From positions 1 through 49,450 of IMG/VR virus record IMGVR_UViG_3300025387_000025: 49,450 bases of DNA. One strand, 5' to 3'. The DNA comes from a virus. Taxonomy: Duplodnaviria > Caudoviricetes. This document shows positions 9,010 through 17,712 of the stretch, piece by piece. Position 1 is the stretch's first letter. Each line of letters starts with the position of its first letter. The position numbers were made by a program, and so were the translations under genes. The notes below the pieces were generated by a model that did no database searches, was not told the DNA's origin, and saw nothing but the letters and a program-made list of their open reading frames with translations.

Positions 9010-10035
9010 ATGGATTGGCTTGAACAAAAATATATTGGTCTTTTGAGTAACAGATTAAGGAATTTCAAGAGAAAATCCAACAACTTATATAATTTTTCTT
9101 GTCCAATTTGTGGTGATTCTCATAAAATTAAATCTAAAGCGAGAGGATATGTATATGACAAAGGTGGAAAAGGCATTTACCATTGCCATAATTGTGGTGT
9201 TACACATTCTATTCCTAATTTCATTAAACTGGTTGATAGTGGACTTTATCAAGAGTATCAGTTAGAAAAAATATCAAATAATAAATCTAAAGAACAGATA
9301 GAATATGATAACTTCGTCGCTAAGATGAAGAAACCAATATTCATGAAAGAAGGACCATTAAAAGGTTTAAAGAAAGTCAGTCAACTTGCACCAGACAATA
9401 CAATTAAAAAATTTGTTGTTGACAGAGGAATACCAACTCCTTATCATGCCAAGTTATTCGCATGTCCTAATTTTATGGATTTTACTAATAGTTTGGTTCC
9501 CAACAAATTTTCAACTGATGCTTTGGCTAAAGATGAGACAAGACTTCTTATTCCTTTTATGGATGTTAATAAGTCCGTTCATGCTTTTCAAGGTCGCAGT
9601 CTTAGAAAAGGGAGTGCGGTTAAATACATTACAATCATTCTTGATGAGACAATACCTAAATTGTATGGTCTGGACACTGTGGATTTTAACAAACCTATAT
9701 ATGTCGTTGAGGGTCCGATTGACAGTATGTTTCTTAATAATTCTATTGCTACTGCTGGAGGTGATCTGGTTAGTGCAATTGGAACTCTTGAAAAATCAAA
9801 TTTGGTAATTGTTTATGACAACGAACCAAGAAGTAAAGAAACTGTCAAAAAACTTGACAAAGCTATTATGAATGGTTATAATGTCTGCATTTGGCCTTCT
9901 AATTTAGAGCATAAAGATATAAATGATATGGTTCTTGCTGGTCTTTCTTCTGATTTTATTTCTTATATAATTAAGAATAATACATATAAAGATTTATCAG
10001 CAAAGTTAGCTTTACAGAAGTGGAGTAAAATATGA
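9010..10035 (+). CDS. 61: DNA primase (T4 gp61)
   Basis: CPICGDS...CHNC zinc finger; TOPRIM VEGPIDSMF, YDNEPR, KDINDM. Confidence 0.95.
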   Translation: MDWLEQKYIGLLSNRLRNFKRKSNNLYNFSCPICGDSHKIKSKARGYVYDKGGKGIYHCHNCGVTHSIPNFIKLVDSGLYQEYQLEKISNNKSKEQIEYDNFVAKMKKPIFMKEGPLKGLKKVSQLAPDNTIKKFVVDRGIPTPYHAKLFACPNFMDFTNSLVPNKFSTDALAKDETRLLIPFMDVNKSVHAFQGRSLRKGSAVKYITIILDETIPKLYGLDTVDFNKPIYVVEGPIDSMFLNNSIATAGGDLVSAIGTLEKSNLVIVYDNEPRSKETVKKLDKAIMNGYNVCIWPSNLEHKDINDMVLAGLSSDFISYIIKNNTYKDLSAKLALQKWSKI

Positions 10036-10295
10036 AATTTCGTAAGAAGGCAGTTAATGTAGAAGCAAGACAAATTAATTTGGCAAATATTGACCAAATT
10101 GGAGATTGGTGTAACGGATTTGTTAAGAGACGTGAAGATAATTTTGAGCCTAGAATTGAAATTATTACACTTGAAGGTATTATGACGGCTCGTTTGGGTG
10201 ATTGGATTATTAAAGGTATTTCTGGAGAGTTTTATCCTTGTAAACCAGATATTTTTGAAATGACATACGAGAAGGTTGATGAGAAAGAAGTTTGA
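10032..10295 (+). CDS. Conserved phage protein (PGDYG-like)
   Basis: TLEG.M.A..GDWIIKG..GEFYPCKPDIF..TYE motif. Confidence 0.75.
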   Translation: MKFRKKAVNVEARQINLANIDQIGDWCNGFVKRREDNFEPRIEIITLEGIMTARLGDWIIKGISGEFYPCKPDIFEMTYEKVDEKEV

Positions 10296-10695
10296 TAAAA
10301 GATTGTATAATAACAATGATCCGGCAAAACTAACAGCAATAGAATTTTTTAAAACAAAAAATAAAATTGCTGTAGTTAATCCAGATGATTATGGTATTGA
10401 TCTTATTGTTGACAATGAATTTTACTGCGAAGTAGAAGTTAAACATAGATGGAACGGAAAAGACTTTGCTTTTCCAACACTTCAGATTCCAGAGAGAAAA
10501 AATAAGTTTACTGTTTTAGATAAGCCTGTGATATTCATGGTTTTTAATTCTGATAAATCATATGCGTTTTTGGTTAAGGGTGAAGATGTTTTAACTTCTC
10601 CGTTGGTTGTTGTTCCAAATAAATATGTTGAATTTGGTGAAAAGTTTTTTCAAATACCAGTGAACAAATTAACAAAAGTTAGAGTAGGAGTTTGA
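10279..10695 (+). CDS. Putative PD-(D/E)xK fold protein
   Basis: DDYGIDL...CEVEVK spacing. Confidence 0.5.
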   Translation: MRKKFDKRLYNNNDPAKLTAIEFFKTKNKIAVVNPDDYGIDLIVDNEFYCEVEVKHRWNGKDFAFPTLQIPERKNKFTVLDKPVIFMVFNSDKSYAFLVKGEDVLTSPLVVVPNKYVEFGEKFFQIPVNKLTKVRVGV

Positions 10696-10711
10696 TATGA
10701 ATAGTGCTAAA

Positions 10712-10748
10712 CATTGGTCTAATATAAATACTCAAAAGGAGACCAGTG
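10712..10748 (+). promoter_or_regulatory. Late promoter (10723-10730) inside an RBS-sequestering hairpin
   Basis: CATTGGTCT (10712-20) pairs with AGACCAGTG (10740-48), overlapping the GGAG RBS; TATAAATA lies in the loop. Confidence 0.65.
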
Positions 10749-11291
10749 ATGCATTATAGAAAAATTTACGAAGATTATCATAAGTGTAGTTTATTACCTG
10801 AAATAGAGATACACCATATTGATGGTAATAGAAACAACAATGACCCATCAAACCTATTAGCAGTTACTATTGAGGAACATTTAGACATTCATTATAAGCA
10901 AAAGGACTGGGGTGCAGTCCAAGCAATCATAATGAGAATGGAAAACAAAGATGGTATCAGAGAAGCGGCTAGTAAGTTTCAGTTGAAAAAGTTAGAGAAT
11001 GGAAAACACAACTTCCAGAAGATGACCAAAGAGAGAAGAACAGAAATCTCTAAGAAAACCATGGAAGAAAGATTGGCCAATGGTAATGGTGCCTTTTTGA
11101 TTGCTGATAAGATAGAAAACTCCAGAAATGCTGGTCTTATCTCAAAGCAAAAGAAAACGGGATTTCACGATCCAAACAAAACTGGTGGTGTATTTGTTAG
11201 AGGAACTTGCTGGTGGACGAATAAATCTACTGGTAAAAAAGTAAGACAGAAAGAATGTCCCGGTGAAGGATGGAACAAAGGAATGAAATAA
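10749..11291 (+). CDS. Free-standing HNH homing endonuclease
   Basis: EIHHIDGNRNNNDPSNL..VTIEEHLDIH; C-terminal WWTN...PGEGW.KG module; inserted directly before thyX. Confidence 0.85.
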   Translation: MHYRKIYEDYHKCSLLPEIEIHHIDGNRNNNDPSNLLAVTIEEHLDIHYKQKDWGAVQAIIMRMENKDGIREAASKFQLKKLENGKHNFQKMTKERRTEISKKTMEERLANGNGAFLIADKIENSRNAGLISKQKKTGFHDPNKTGGVFVRGTCWWTNKSTGKKVRQKECPGEGWNKGMK

Positions 11292-11983
11292 TGAACACAG
11301 CTAAGATTATTGCAATAACACAACCAATGATTTATGAAACTGAATCGTCTATGTGGTTTCTTAACAGACAAAAAAATATAACTCCTGAAGAATTTATTGC
11401 TTATACGGCAAGAGTATCTAATCCTTCAAATCAAATGAATAATCAAACATCTTCTAAACTATTAAATTATTGTATGAAAAATAACCATTGGTCTATTTTT
11501 GAAATGGTTAACATTGTAATGGAAATAAATACGACACGTGATATTGCTAGGCAAATTTTACGACATCGTTCATTTTCATTTCAGGAATTTTCTCAAAGAT
11601 ATGCAGATCCAACTTCAGACTTAGGTTTTGTTGCAAGAGAAGCACGTCTTCAAGATAATAAAAATAGACAAAATTCTATTGAAACTTGTGATAAAGAATT
11701 ACAAAGAGATTGGAAAGTAAAACAAGATCAATTAATTCATGAATGTGAATTGGGTTATAAGTGGGCAATTTCAAATGGTATTGCTAAAGAACAAGCAAGA
11801 GCTGTATTACCAGAAGGTTTGACGGTTTCTAGAATGTATATGAATGGAACACTTCGTTCATGGATTCATTATTGTCAAGTTAGGATTGCAGAAGGAACTC
11901 AAAAAGAACATCGTGAAGTTGCTATGAATGCATGGGAGGAAATATGTAAAGAGTTTTCATCATTGAAGGAAATACAATTATGA
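11291..11983 (+). CDS. thyX: FAD-dependent thymidylate synthase
   Basis: RQILRHRSFSFQEFSQRY signature; ARVSNP; KEQARAVLPEG. Confidence 0.96.
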   Translation: MNTAKIIAITQPMIYETESSMWFLNRQKNITPEEFIAYTARVSNPSNQMNNQTSSKLLNYCMKNNHWSIFEMVNIVMEINTTRDIARQILRHRSFSFQEFSQRYADPTSDLGFVAREARLQDNKNRQNSIETCDKELQRDWKVKQDQLIHECELGYKWAISNGIAKEQARAVLPEGLTVSRMYMNGTLRSWIHYCQVRIAEGTQKEHREVAMNAWEEICKEFSSLKEIQL

Positions 11984-12270
11984 GCAAGATTGTCTTAGTT
12001 GAAACCGTGGCCACCTTTCGTCATATGTATGTAGTAGCGGTAAAGGATGATGAACCGATTGAATATGCCTTGGATGATGTCGCCGCATATGCTACTGGAT
12101 TTGAGAACGGTTTAACCGAGTTTGCTCAAAACCATGTTGGTGAGGATATCTTTTCTTACCGTGAAGTTTCTGAAGATGAATATATAAAGATTTTTGATAA
12201 AGAGAATGATTATCTAAAAGAATGTGATTCTGAAAAGAAAAAAGAATATATCTATAAGTGTGGTGAATAA
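11980..12270 (+). CDS. Hypothetical protein
   Basis: Coupled ORF, 96 aa. Confidence 0.6.
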   Translation: MSKIVLVETVATFRHMYVVAVKDDEPIEYALDDVAAYATGFENGLTEFAQNHVGEDIFSYREVSEDEYIKIFDKENDYLKECDSEKKKEYIYKCGE

Positions 12271-12272
12271 GT

Positions 12273-12578
12273 ATGTCAAGTAAACTAATACAAGTTAAAG
12301 TTAGCAAGGTTGTTTCTGATATTTTTGTATTGTATGTTAATGAAGACGAAAACTCTAATGAGAAATTAAATAAATTAATGAAGAAACTAAACACGCTAGA
12401 AGGGTTTGCTGTTGCTACATTGCATGGTCTTGAACCAAAAGAAAGCGAAGTAAAGTTAGTTTCTTCAAAAGAAATAACAAAGAGTCAGTTTTTACAATTA
12501 TTTGATAATACACATCCTGATTTGCAGGAAGTATCAGATGATGTTAAATTAGAATATCGTATAATGTTCGTAGATTAA
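12273..12578 (+). CDS. Hypothetical protein, possible diverged paralog of the upstream ORF
   Basis: Similar length and layout (EVSEDEYIKIFDKEN vs EITKSQFLQLFDNTH). Confidence 0.5.
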   Translation: MSSKLIQVKVSKVVSDIFVLYVNEDENSNEKLNKLMKKLNTLEGFAVATLHGLEPKESEVKLVSSKEITKSQFLQLFDNTHPDLQEVSDDVKLEYRIMFVD

Positions 12579-12591
12579 GAGGAAGAAGAGA

Positions 12592-14475
12592 ATGCCATTT
12601 ACAGTTTATCAGCAATATATTCATAAAAGTCGTTATGCCCGTTATGTTCCTGAAAAGAATCGCAGAGAACATTGGAATGAAACGGTTCAACGGTATGTTG
12701 ATTATATTTTTAATAAAGTTAACATTGACGATGCAGTTTTAAAAAGAGAAGTTTTTGAAGCAATTTATAATCTAGAAGTTATGCCATCAATGAGATCATT
12801 GATGACTGCTGGTAAAGCTCTTGATCGTGACAATGTTGCTGGTTATAATTGTTCTTATCTTCCTATTGATGATCCAAAAGCTTTTGATGAAGCTATGTGT
12901 ATTCTTATGAATGGTACAGGAGTTGGATTTTCTGTTGAGCGTCAATATGTAAATAAATTACCAGAAATTCCAGAACAACTTTATGACTGTGATACTATTA
13001 TCACAGTTCGTGATTCTAAAGAGGGTTGGGCAAAGGCATTACGTATGCTTATGGCTCTTCTTTATTCTGGTGAAATTCCAAAATGGGATTTAAGTGCATT
13101 GAGACCAGCAGGTGCGCCATTAAAAACATTTGGTGGGCGTTCATCTGGTCCAGAACCATTAAATGATTTATTTAAGTTTATAGTTCGTATTTTTAAAAAC
13201 GCACATGGTCGCAAACTAACATCATTAGAATGTCATGATATTATGTGTAAAATTGGTGAAGTAGTTGTTGTTGGTGGCGTTCGTCGTTCTGCAATGATTT
13301 CATTATCAAATCTTTCTGATGATCGTATGCGTCATGCAAAAGCAGGACAATGGTGGGAAGCAAATGTTCAAAGAGCTTTATCAAATAATTCAGCAGTTTA
13401 TACAGAAAAGCCAGAAGTTGGTCAATTTATGCAAGAATGGCTTTCGATCTATGAGTCGAAGTCTGGAGAACGTGGTATTTTCTCCAGAGATGCTTCACAA
13501 AAGGTCGCTAAGAGAAATGGAAGAAGAGATCCATCGTTTGAATTCGGAACTAATCCCTGCTCAGAGATTATCTTGCGACCTTATCAATTCTGCAATCTCA
13601 CGGAGGTCGTTATCAGAAATGATGATACTGAAGCAACTCTTGCAAGAAAGATTAGAATCGCATCAATATTGGGAACGTTTCAATCGACAATGACTAATTT
13701 CCCATATCTTCGTAAAATTTGGCAAAAGAATACAGAAGAAGAAAGGTTATTAGGCGTATCGTTTACAGGAATTTATGATTCACCAATTATGAATAATCCT
13801 GAAGATCCAGATCTACCAGAACGTCTTCAACGATTAAAACAAGTTGCTATTGATACAAATAAAGAATGGAGTGAAAAACTTGGAATTAATCAATCAACTG
13901 CGATTACATGCGTTAAGCCATCAGGGACTGTATCTCAGCTTGTGCTTTCTCCTAGCGGTATTCATCCCGGCCATGATCGTTACTACTATCGTAGGGTTAG
14001 ATCGGACAATAAAGATCCTCTTACTAAGCATCTTATTGATTCTGGCGTACCTCATGAACCTGATGTCACAAAACCACACTCTACTACAGTTTTCACATTC
14101 CCTATGAAATTACCAGAAGGTTCAATAGTAAGAGAAGAAGTAGATGCTATTAAGCATTTAGAGTTGTGGCTACAATATCAACGTCATTGGTGTGAGCATA
14201 AACCATCTGTTACTATTTCTGTCAAGGAAGAAGAGTGGCCAAGAGTCGGTGCTTGGGTATATGATCATTTTAACGAAATGTCTGGTGTTTCATTCTTACC
14301 TTATGATGGTGGTACATATCGTCAGGCACCATATGAAACTGTTACTAAGGAAGAGTATGAAAAAGCTATTATAAATATACCAACCGAAGTTGATTGGGAT
14401 GCTCTTGTTGAGACAACTGATCAAGTAGAAGGAACTCAAACGTTAGCTTGTTCAGCAGGGAATTGTGAAATATGA
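12592..14475 (+). CDS. nrdJ: Class II (adenosylcobalamin-dependent) ribonucleotide reductase
   Basis: YNCS, GTNPCSEI, FCNLTEV, TCVKPSGTVSQL, C-terminal LACSAGNCEI; no nrdB adjacent. Confidence 0.92.
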   Translation: MPFTVYQQYIHKSRYARYVPEKNRREHWNETVQRYVDYIFNKVNIDDAVLKREVFEAIYNLEVMPSMRSLMTAGKALDRDNVAGYNCSYLPIDDPKAFDEAMCILMNGTGVGFSVERQYVNKLPEIPEQLYDCDTIITVRDSKEGWAKALRMLMALLYSGEIPKWDLSALRPAGAPLKTFGGRSSGPEPLNDLFKFIVRIFKNAHGRKLTSLECHDIMCKIGEVVVVGGVRRSAMISLSNLSDDRMRHAKAGQWWEANVQRALSNNSAVYTEKPEVGQFMQEWLSIYESKSGERGIFSRDASQKVAKRNGRRDPSFEFGTNPCSEIILRPYQFCNLTEVVIRNDDTEATLARKIRIASILGTFQSTMTNFPYLRKIWQKNTEEERLLGVSFTGIYDSPIMNNPEDPDLPERLQRLKQVAIDTNKEWSEKLGINQSTAITCVKPSGTVSQLVLSPSGIHPGHDRYYYRRVRSDNKDPLTKHLIDSGVPHEPDVTKPHSTTVFTFPMKLPEGSIVREEVDAIKHLELWLQYQRHWCEHKPSVTISVKEEEWPRVGAWVYDHFNEMSGVSFLPYDGGTYRQAPYETVTKEEYEKAIINIPTEVDWDALVETTDQVEGTQTLACSAGNCEI

Positions 14476-14666
14476 ACGAAGAATGGCAAAACGGATATAA
14501 AGCAGGATACGATGAAGGATATAGAACAGCTGTATCTGATATGAAAGCTGCTTCTTCCAAAGAAGTTAAAATACAAGATCCAGGATGTTTGGAAGACTTC
14601 TATGAAGAGGCATATGGTGCTGCTGTCTATAGAAAAATGAAAAAGGAACATGACAGAAACCAGTAA
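14472..14666 (+). CDS. Hypothetical protein (GYxxGY repeat)
   Basis: Coupled ORF. Confidence 0.5.
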   Translation: MNEEWQNGYKAGYDEGYRTAVSDMKAASSKEVKIQDPGCLEDFYEEAYGAAVYRKMKKEHDRNQ

Positions 14667-14871
14667 AATAATATTATTATCTGACATTTACGAAACTAAA
14701 GCCAGAAAAGAAAAAGAACTTGCATATTATAAAGAACAACTAGAGATTTTAAATCAAAAGATGTTCTTTATAAGAAAAGATATTGAAATAACGACAATTT
14801 GTATCAATCTTATAGAAAATGAAATGGTGGTGGATATTAAACAATTAATAGAAGAGAAAAAAAATGATTAA
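14650..14871 (+). CDS. Hypothetical coiled-coil protein
   Basis: RBS AAGGA, 73 aa. Confidence 0.6.
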   Translation: MTETSKIILLSDIYETKARKEKELAYYKEQLEILNQKMFFIRKDIEITTICINLIENEMVVDIKQLIEEKKND

Positions 14872-15376
14872 AACATTTTTAAGTTTATATACTGTTTCTG
14901 TATTTTTGATGTTTTTAAATATGTCACATGCAGATCCAATAGTAGTCTCACCAATTTTACCAAATCCAGTTATGACACCAGGACTAGCAGACCCAAAAGG
15001 AACAAGAGAAAATATTTGTCTTTCTGGATATGCTGGATCTGTAAGAAATGTTTCTTCAAGAACTAAACAGCAAGCATTTGATCTCTATCATTTAGATCGC
15101 ACTAAAGAAAAATATGAGGTTGATCATCTTATTAGTCTTGAACTTGGTGGTTCTAATGATATTAAAAATCTATGGCCACAGTCTTTTGAAACAAAACCAT
15201 GGAATGCTCATGTGAAAGATAAACTAGAGAATAGGTTACATCGTGAAATTTGTGATGGTATTATGACTGTTGATGAAGCACAGAAAGCTATTGCAAATGA
15301 TTGGATTAAAACTTATTGTGAAAAGTTTGATGATTTGGAAGAAGATTGCAAAATATATTTAAATAGGGAAAAGTAA
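14864..15376 (+). CDS. Signal-peptide-bearing HNH-like protein
   Basis: Hydrophobic N-terminus ending SHA|D; YEVDHLISLELGGSNDIKNLWPQ...KDKLENRLHREICDG. Confidence 0.65.
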   Translation: MIKTFLSLYTVSVFLMFLNMSHADPIVVSPILPNPVMTPGLADPKGTRENICLSGYAGSVRNVSSRTKQQAFDLYHLDRTKEKYEVDHLISLELGGSNDIKNLWPQSFETKPWNAHVKDKLENRLHREICDGIMTVDEAQKAIANDWIKTYCEKFDDLEEDCKIYLNREK

Positions 15377-15378
15377 TA

Positions 15379-15564
15379 ATGAAAATAGATGCAGAACTTT
15401 TTGATTTATGTAAAGAATTTATTAAAGAAAATAAAATAACAGAGGATTATGAAGAACTTGGAGGTCTTGATTGGCCAGAAGTTCATGAATTTATAACAAA
15501 TATTTGTGGATTGGTTGGTTACTATGATAATGAGGAAGAAGATTTGGATTTTGATGAGGAATAA
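15379..15564 (+). CDS. Small acidic hypothetical protein
   Basis: 61 aa with acidic tail. Confidence 0.55.
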   Translation: MKIDAELFDLCKEFIKENKITEDYEELGGLDWPEVHEFITNICGLVGYYDNEEEDLDFDEE

Positions 15565-15587
15565 ATATCCCGAAGGAGATTCGGGAT
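15560..15587 (+). promoter_or_regulatory. Late-promoter-like element plus RBS/start-sequestering hairpin
   Basis: AATAAATA, then ATCCCGAA-GGAGA-TTCGGGAT; RBS in the loop and AT of ATG in the stem. Confidence 0.65.
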
Positions 15588-15990
15588 GTGGACATATAAG
15601 GGTGAAATATTAGAAGATATAGGAGAATATATTGGTTTTGTGTATATTATTGAAAATATTGTAAATAATAAAAAATATATAGGTAAAAAAAACTTTTATT
15701 TCTCCAAAACAAAACAAATAAAAGGCAAAAAGAAAAGATATAAAATAGAATCAGATTGGAAAGAATATTATGGTTCCAGTGATTTACTTAATGAACATAT
15801 TAATTTGTATGGAAAAGATAAATTTAAAAGAATTATATTAAGACTTTGTATTTCAAAAGGTGAAATGACTTATTTTGAGGCAAAGTATCAATTTGAATAT
15901 GGAGTTTTGGAATCAGATATGTGGTATAATTCACATATTATGGCTAGAGTGCATAAAAAGCACTTGACATTTTTGAAAAAAGGAGTATAA
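15586..15990 (+). CDS. GIY-YIG domain endonuclease
   Basis: GFVYIIEN....KKYIGKK, ESDWKEYYGSS, TYFEAK. Confidence 0.85.
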   Translation: MWTYKGEILEDIGEYIGFVYIIENIVNNKKYIGKKNFYFSKTKQIKGKKKRYKIESDWKEYYGSSDLLNEHINLYGKDKFKRIILRLCISKGEMTYFEAKYQFEYGVLESDMWYNSHIMARVHKKHLTFLKKGV

Positions 15991-15991
15991 T
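15964..15991 (+). promoter_or_regulatory. Sigma70-like promoter
   Basis: TTGACA-16-TATAAT. Confidence 0.65.
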
Positions 15992-16090
15992 ATGCCTCAC
16001 CCCCACAAGAATAGACCAAGAAAAGGTCGTAGAAAAATTGGTTCAAACAAACGTAAAGCACGTCGCTTGAAGGGTAGAAAGAAAAAATAA
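15992..16090 (+). CDS. 32-aa extremely basic peptide (not in the ORF track)
   Basis: AGGAG RBS 6 nt upstream; MPHPHKNRPRKGRRKIGSNKRKARRLKGRKKK. Confidence 0.7.
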   Translation: MPHPHKNRPRKGRRKIGSNKRKARRLKGRKKK

Positions 16091-16111
16091 TAAAATAGTA
16101 AAGGATATATT

Positions 16112-16525
16112 ATGAAATATGTGATTTTTGTATTGTCAGTTGTTTTTGGTACTTGGAATACTGCTCAAGCGGGATTTTTAGAAGATATATTTAACAACAG
16201 TCAAATAGAACAAGTAAGCTATGGTAAGCATTCTAAGCATATAAATACCTATTCCACTGGGCATCATAATGCTTCGTGGTATAATGACCGAAGTGGACGG
16301 ACAGCTTCGGGTATGAGAGCCACCTATGGTGTAGCTCATAAAACACTTCCGTTTGGAACAAGGGTATTGATTACCAATCCCTCAAATGGAAGATCAGTAA
16401 CAGCCGTCGTAACCGATAGAGGGCCATTCGTTAAAGGAAGAACCTTAGACGTAAATCAAAATGTAGCTAATGCCCTCGGCTTCAAATCTCATGGAACAGC
16501 ACGATTACATATGCAAGTGCAGTGA
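16112..16525 (+). CDS. RlpA-family (DPBB) lytic transglycosylase with signal peptide
   Basis: ASWY, TASG, AHKTLPFGT, TDRGPFVKGR.LD. Confidence 0.88.
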   Translation: MKYVIFVLSVVFGTWNTAQAGFLEDIFNNSQIEQVSYGKHSKHINTYSTGHHNASWYNDRSGRTASGMRATYGVAHKTLPFGTRVLITNPSNGRSVTAVVTDRGPFVKGRTLDVNQNVANALGFKSHGTARLHMQVQ

Positions 16526-16559
16526 CTTATTCGGTTACGCATAAAAGAAAGGTAACTAT

Positions 16560-17084
16560 ATGAAGAAGATTATCCTAGCTGTGATGACAGCTACTGCAAT
16601 TGTTGCGATGAGCGGAATTGCGGAAGCAAAGGTTCATTACAGCAAGAATACTCAGTATTCAACAAACTTAGAAGAAGACTATTATAATCCATTTTCTGCA
16701 ATTCTTGGAGGAGAAAATTGGAGCGTTAGTCCACGTGTTCGTTTCAAAAATAAAAAACAAGCACGTGAATATCAACAGCACGAAGAAGATCAATATGGCT
16801 TTGGCCATGCTTCAAGTTCAATTGTAGCATATGGATATGATCTTCAGCGTAGAGGATTTCGTGTATCAGAGCATCCATCTTTTGGTGGTGTTCATGCTGT
16901 TCATCATGGATGGGCACATTATGCTGGACGTGCGATTGACGTGAATGTTGGTCGTGGTATATACGAAGCTCATTCAAAATACGCATATAAGTTCGATCAA
17001 TTAGCTGCTGAAGCAAGAGCGGCTGGTTATACAGTTCTCTGGCGTGTACCTGGACATTATAACCACATACACATTCAGAGATAA
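16560..17084 (+). CDS. Secreted M15/LAS-like zinc peptidoglycan peptidase
   Basis: Signal peptide AEA|K; HYAGRAID (H-x6-D) and HYNHIH. Confidence 0.65.
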   Translation: MKKIILAVMTATAIVAMSGIAEAKVHYSKNTQYSTNLEEDYYNPFSAILGGENWSVSPRVRFKNKKQAREYQQHEEDQYGFGHASSSIVAYGYDLQRRGFRVSEHPSFGGVHAVHHGWAHYAGRAIDVNVGRGIYEAHSKYAYKFDQLAAEARAAGYTVLWRVPGHYNHIHIQR

Positions 17085-17091
17085 CATAAGT

Positions 17092-17119
17092 AGAAGGGCG
17101 AGTCCGACGCCCTTCTTTC
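17092..17119 (+). terminator. Hairpin / putative intrinsic terminator
   Basis: AGAAGGGCG-AGTCCGA-CGCCCTTCT-TTC. Confidence 0.6.
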
Positions 17120-17134
17120 ACCCTGGAGGATATA

Positions 17135-17698
17135 GTGAGTTTAGAAAAAGAAAAAGAAACAAATATACCTTCAATTGAAGATCATCATTATTTAATGTTT
17201 AATACTGATTTTAATCCAAGTTCTACTGGTGATGCAATTTCTTTTATTCTTGCAAGAAATTTAATGACAAAAAGTCGTCCTAAACAAATAAAAATGATTA
17301 TTAATTCTCCAGGAGGAGAACTTCCTTCTGCGTTTGCTCTTGTTGATACTATGAAGGGTTCTAAAATTCCGATATATACATACGGACTTGGAGAAATCGC
17401 TTCTTGTGGATTACTTGCATTTATTGCTGGTGAAAAAGGACATAGATATATAACAAGAAATACTGCTATTCTTTCTCATCAATTTTCTTGGGGATCTATG
17501 GGAAAAGAACATGAGTTAATGGCGTCAGTTAAAGAATTTAATAATACAAGTCAAAGAATTATTGATCATTATAAAAAATGTACTGGTCAAACAGAGGCTG
17601 TAATTAAAAAATATTTGCTTCCTCCTGAAGATGTTTGGCTAACTTCAAAAGAAGCAATTAAATATGGACTAGCGGATCATATAGTTGATTTTTACTAA
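17135..17698 (+). CDS. clpP: ClpP-like protease subunit
   Basis: INSPGG, IASCG (Ser), LSHQ (His), EDVWLTSKEAIKYGLADHI. Confidence 0.88.
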   Translation: MSLEKEKETNIPSIEDHHYLMFNTDFNPSSTGDAISFILARNLMTKSRPKQIKMIINSPGGELPSAFALVDTMKGSKIPIYTYGLGEIASCGLLAFIAGEKGHRYITRNTAILSHQFSWGSMGKEHELMASVKEFNNTSQRIIDHYKKCTGQTEAVIKKYLLPPEDVWLTSKEAIKYGLADHIVDFY

Positions 17699-17712
17699 AT
17701 GGAGATGAAAAA

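Noticed and set aside
12592-14475. Possible intron or intein in nrdJ (also checked primase, gp46, UvsW, gp23)
   Set aside because: ORFs are continuous and of normal length, with no intein terminal motifs or frame breaks.
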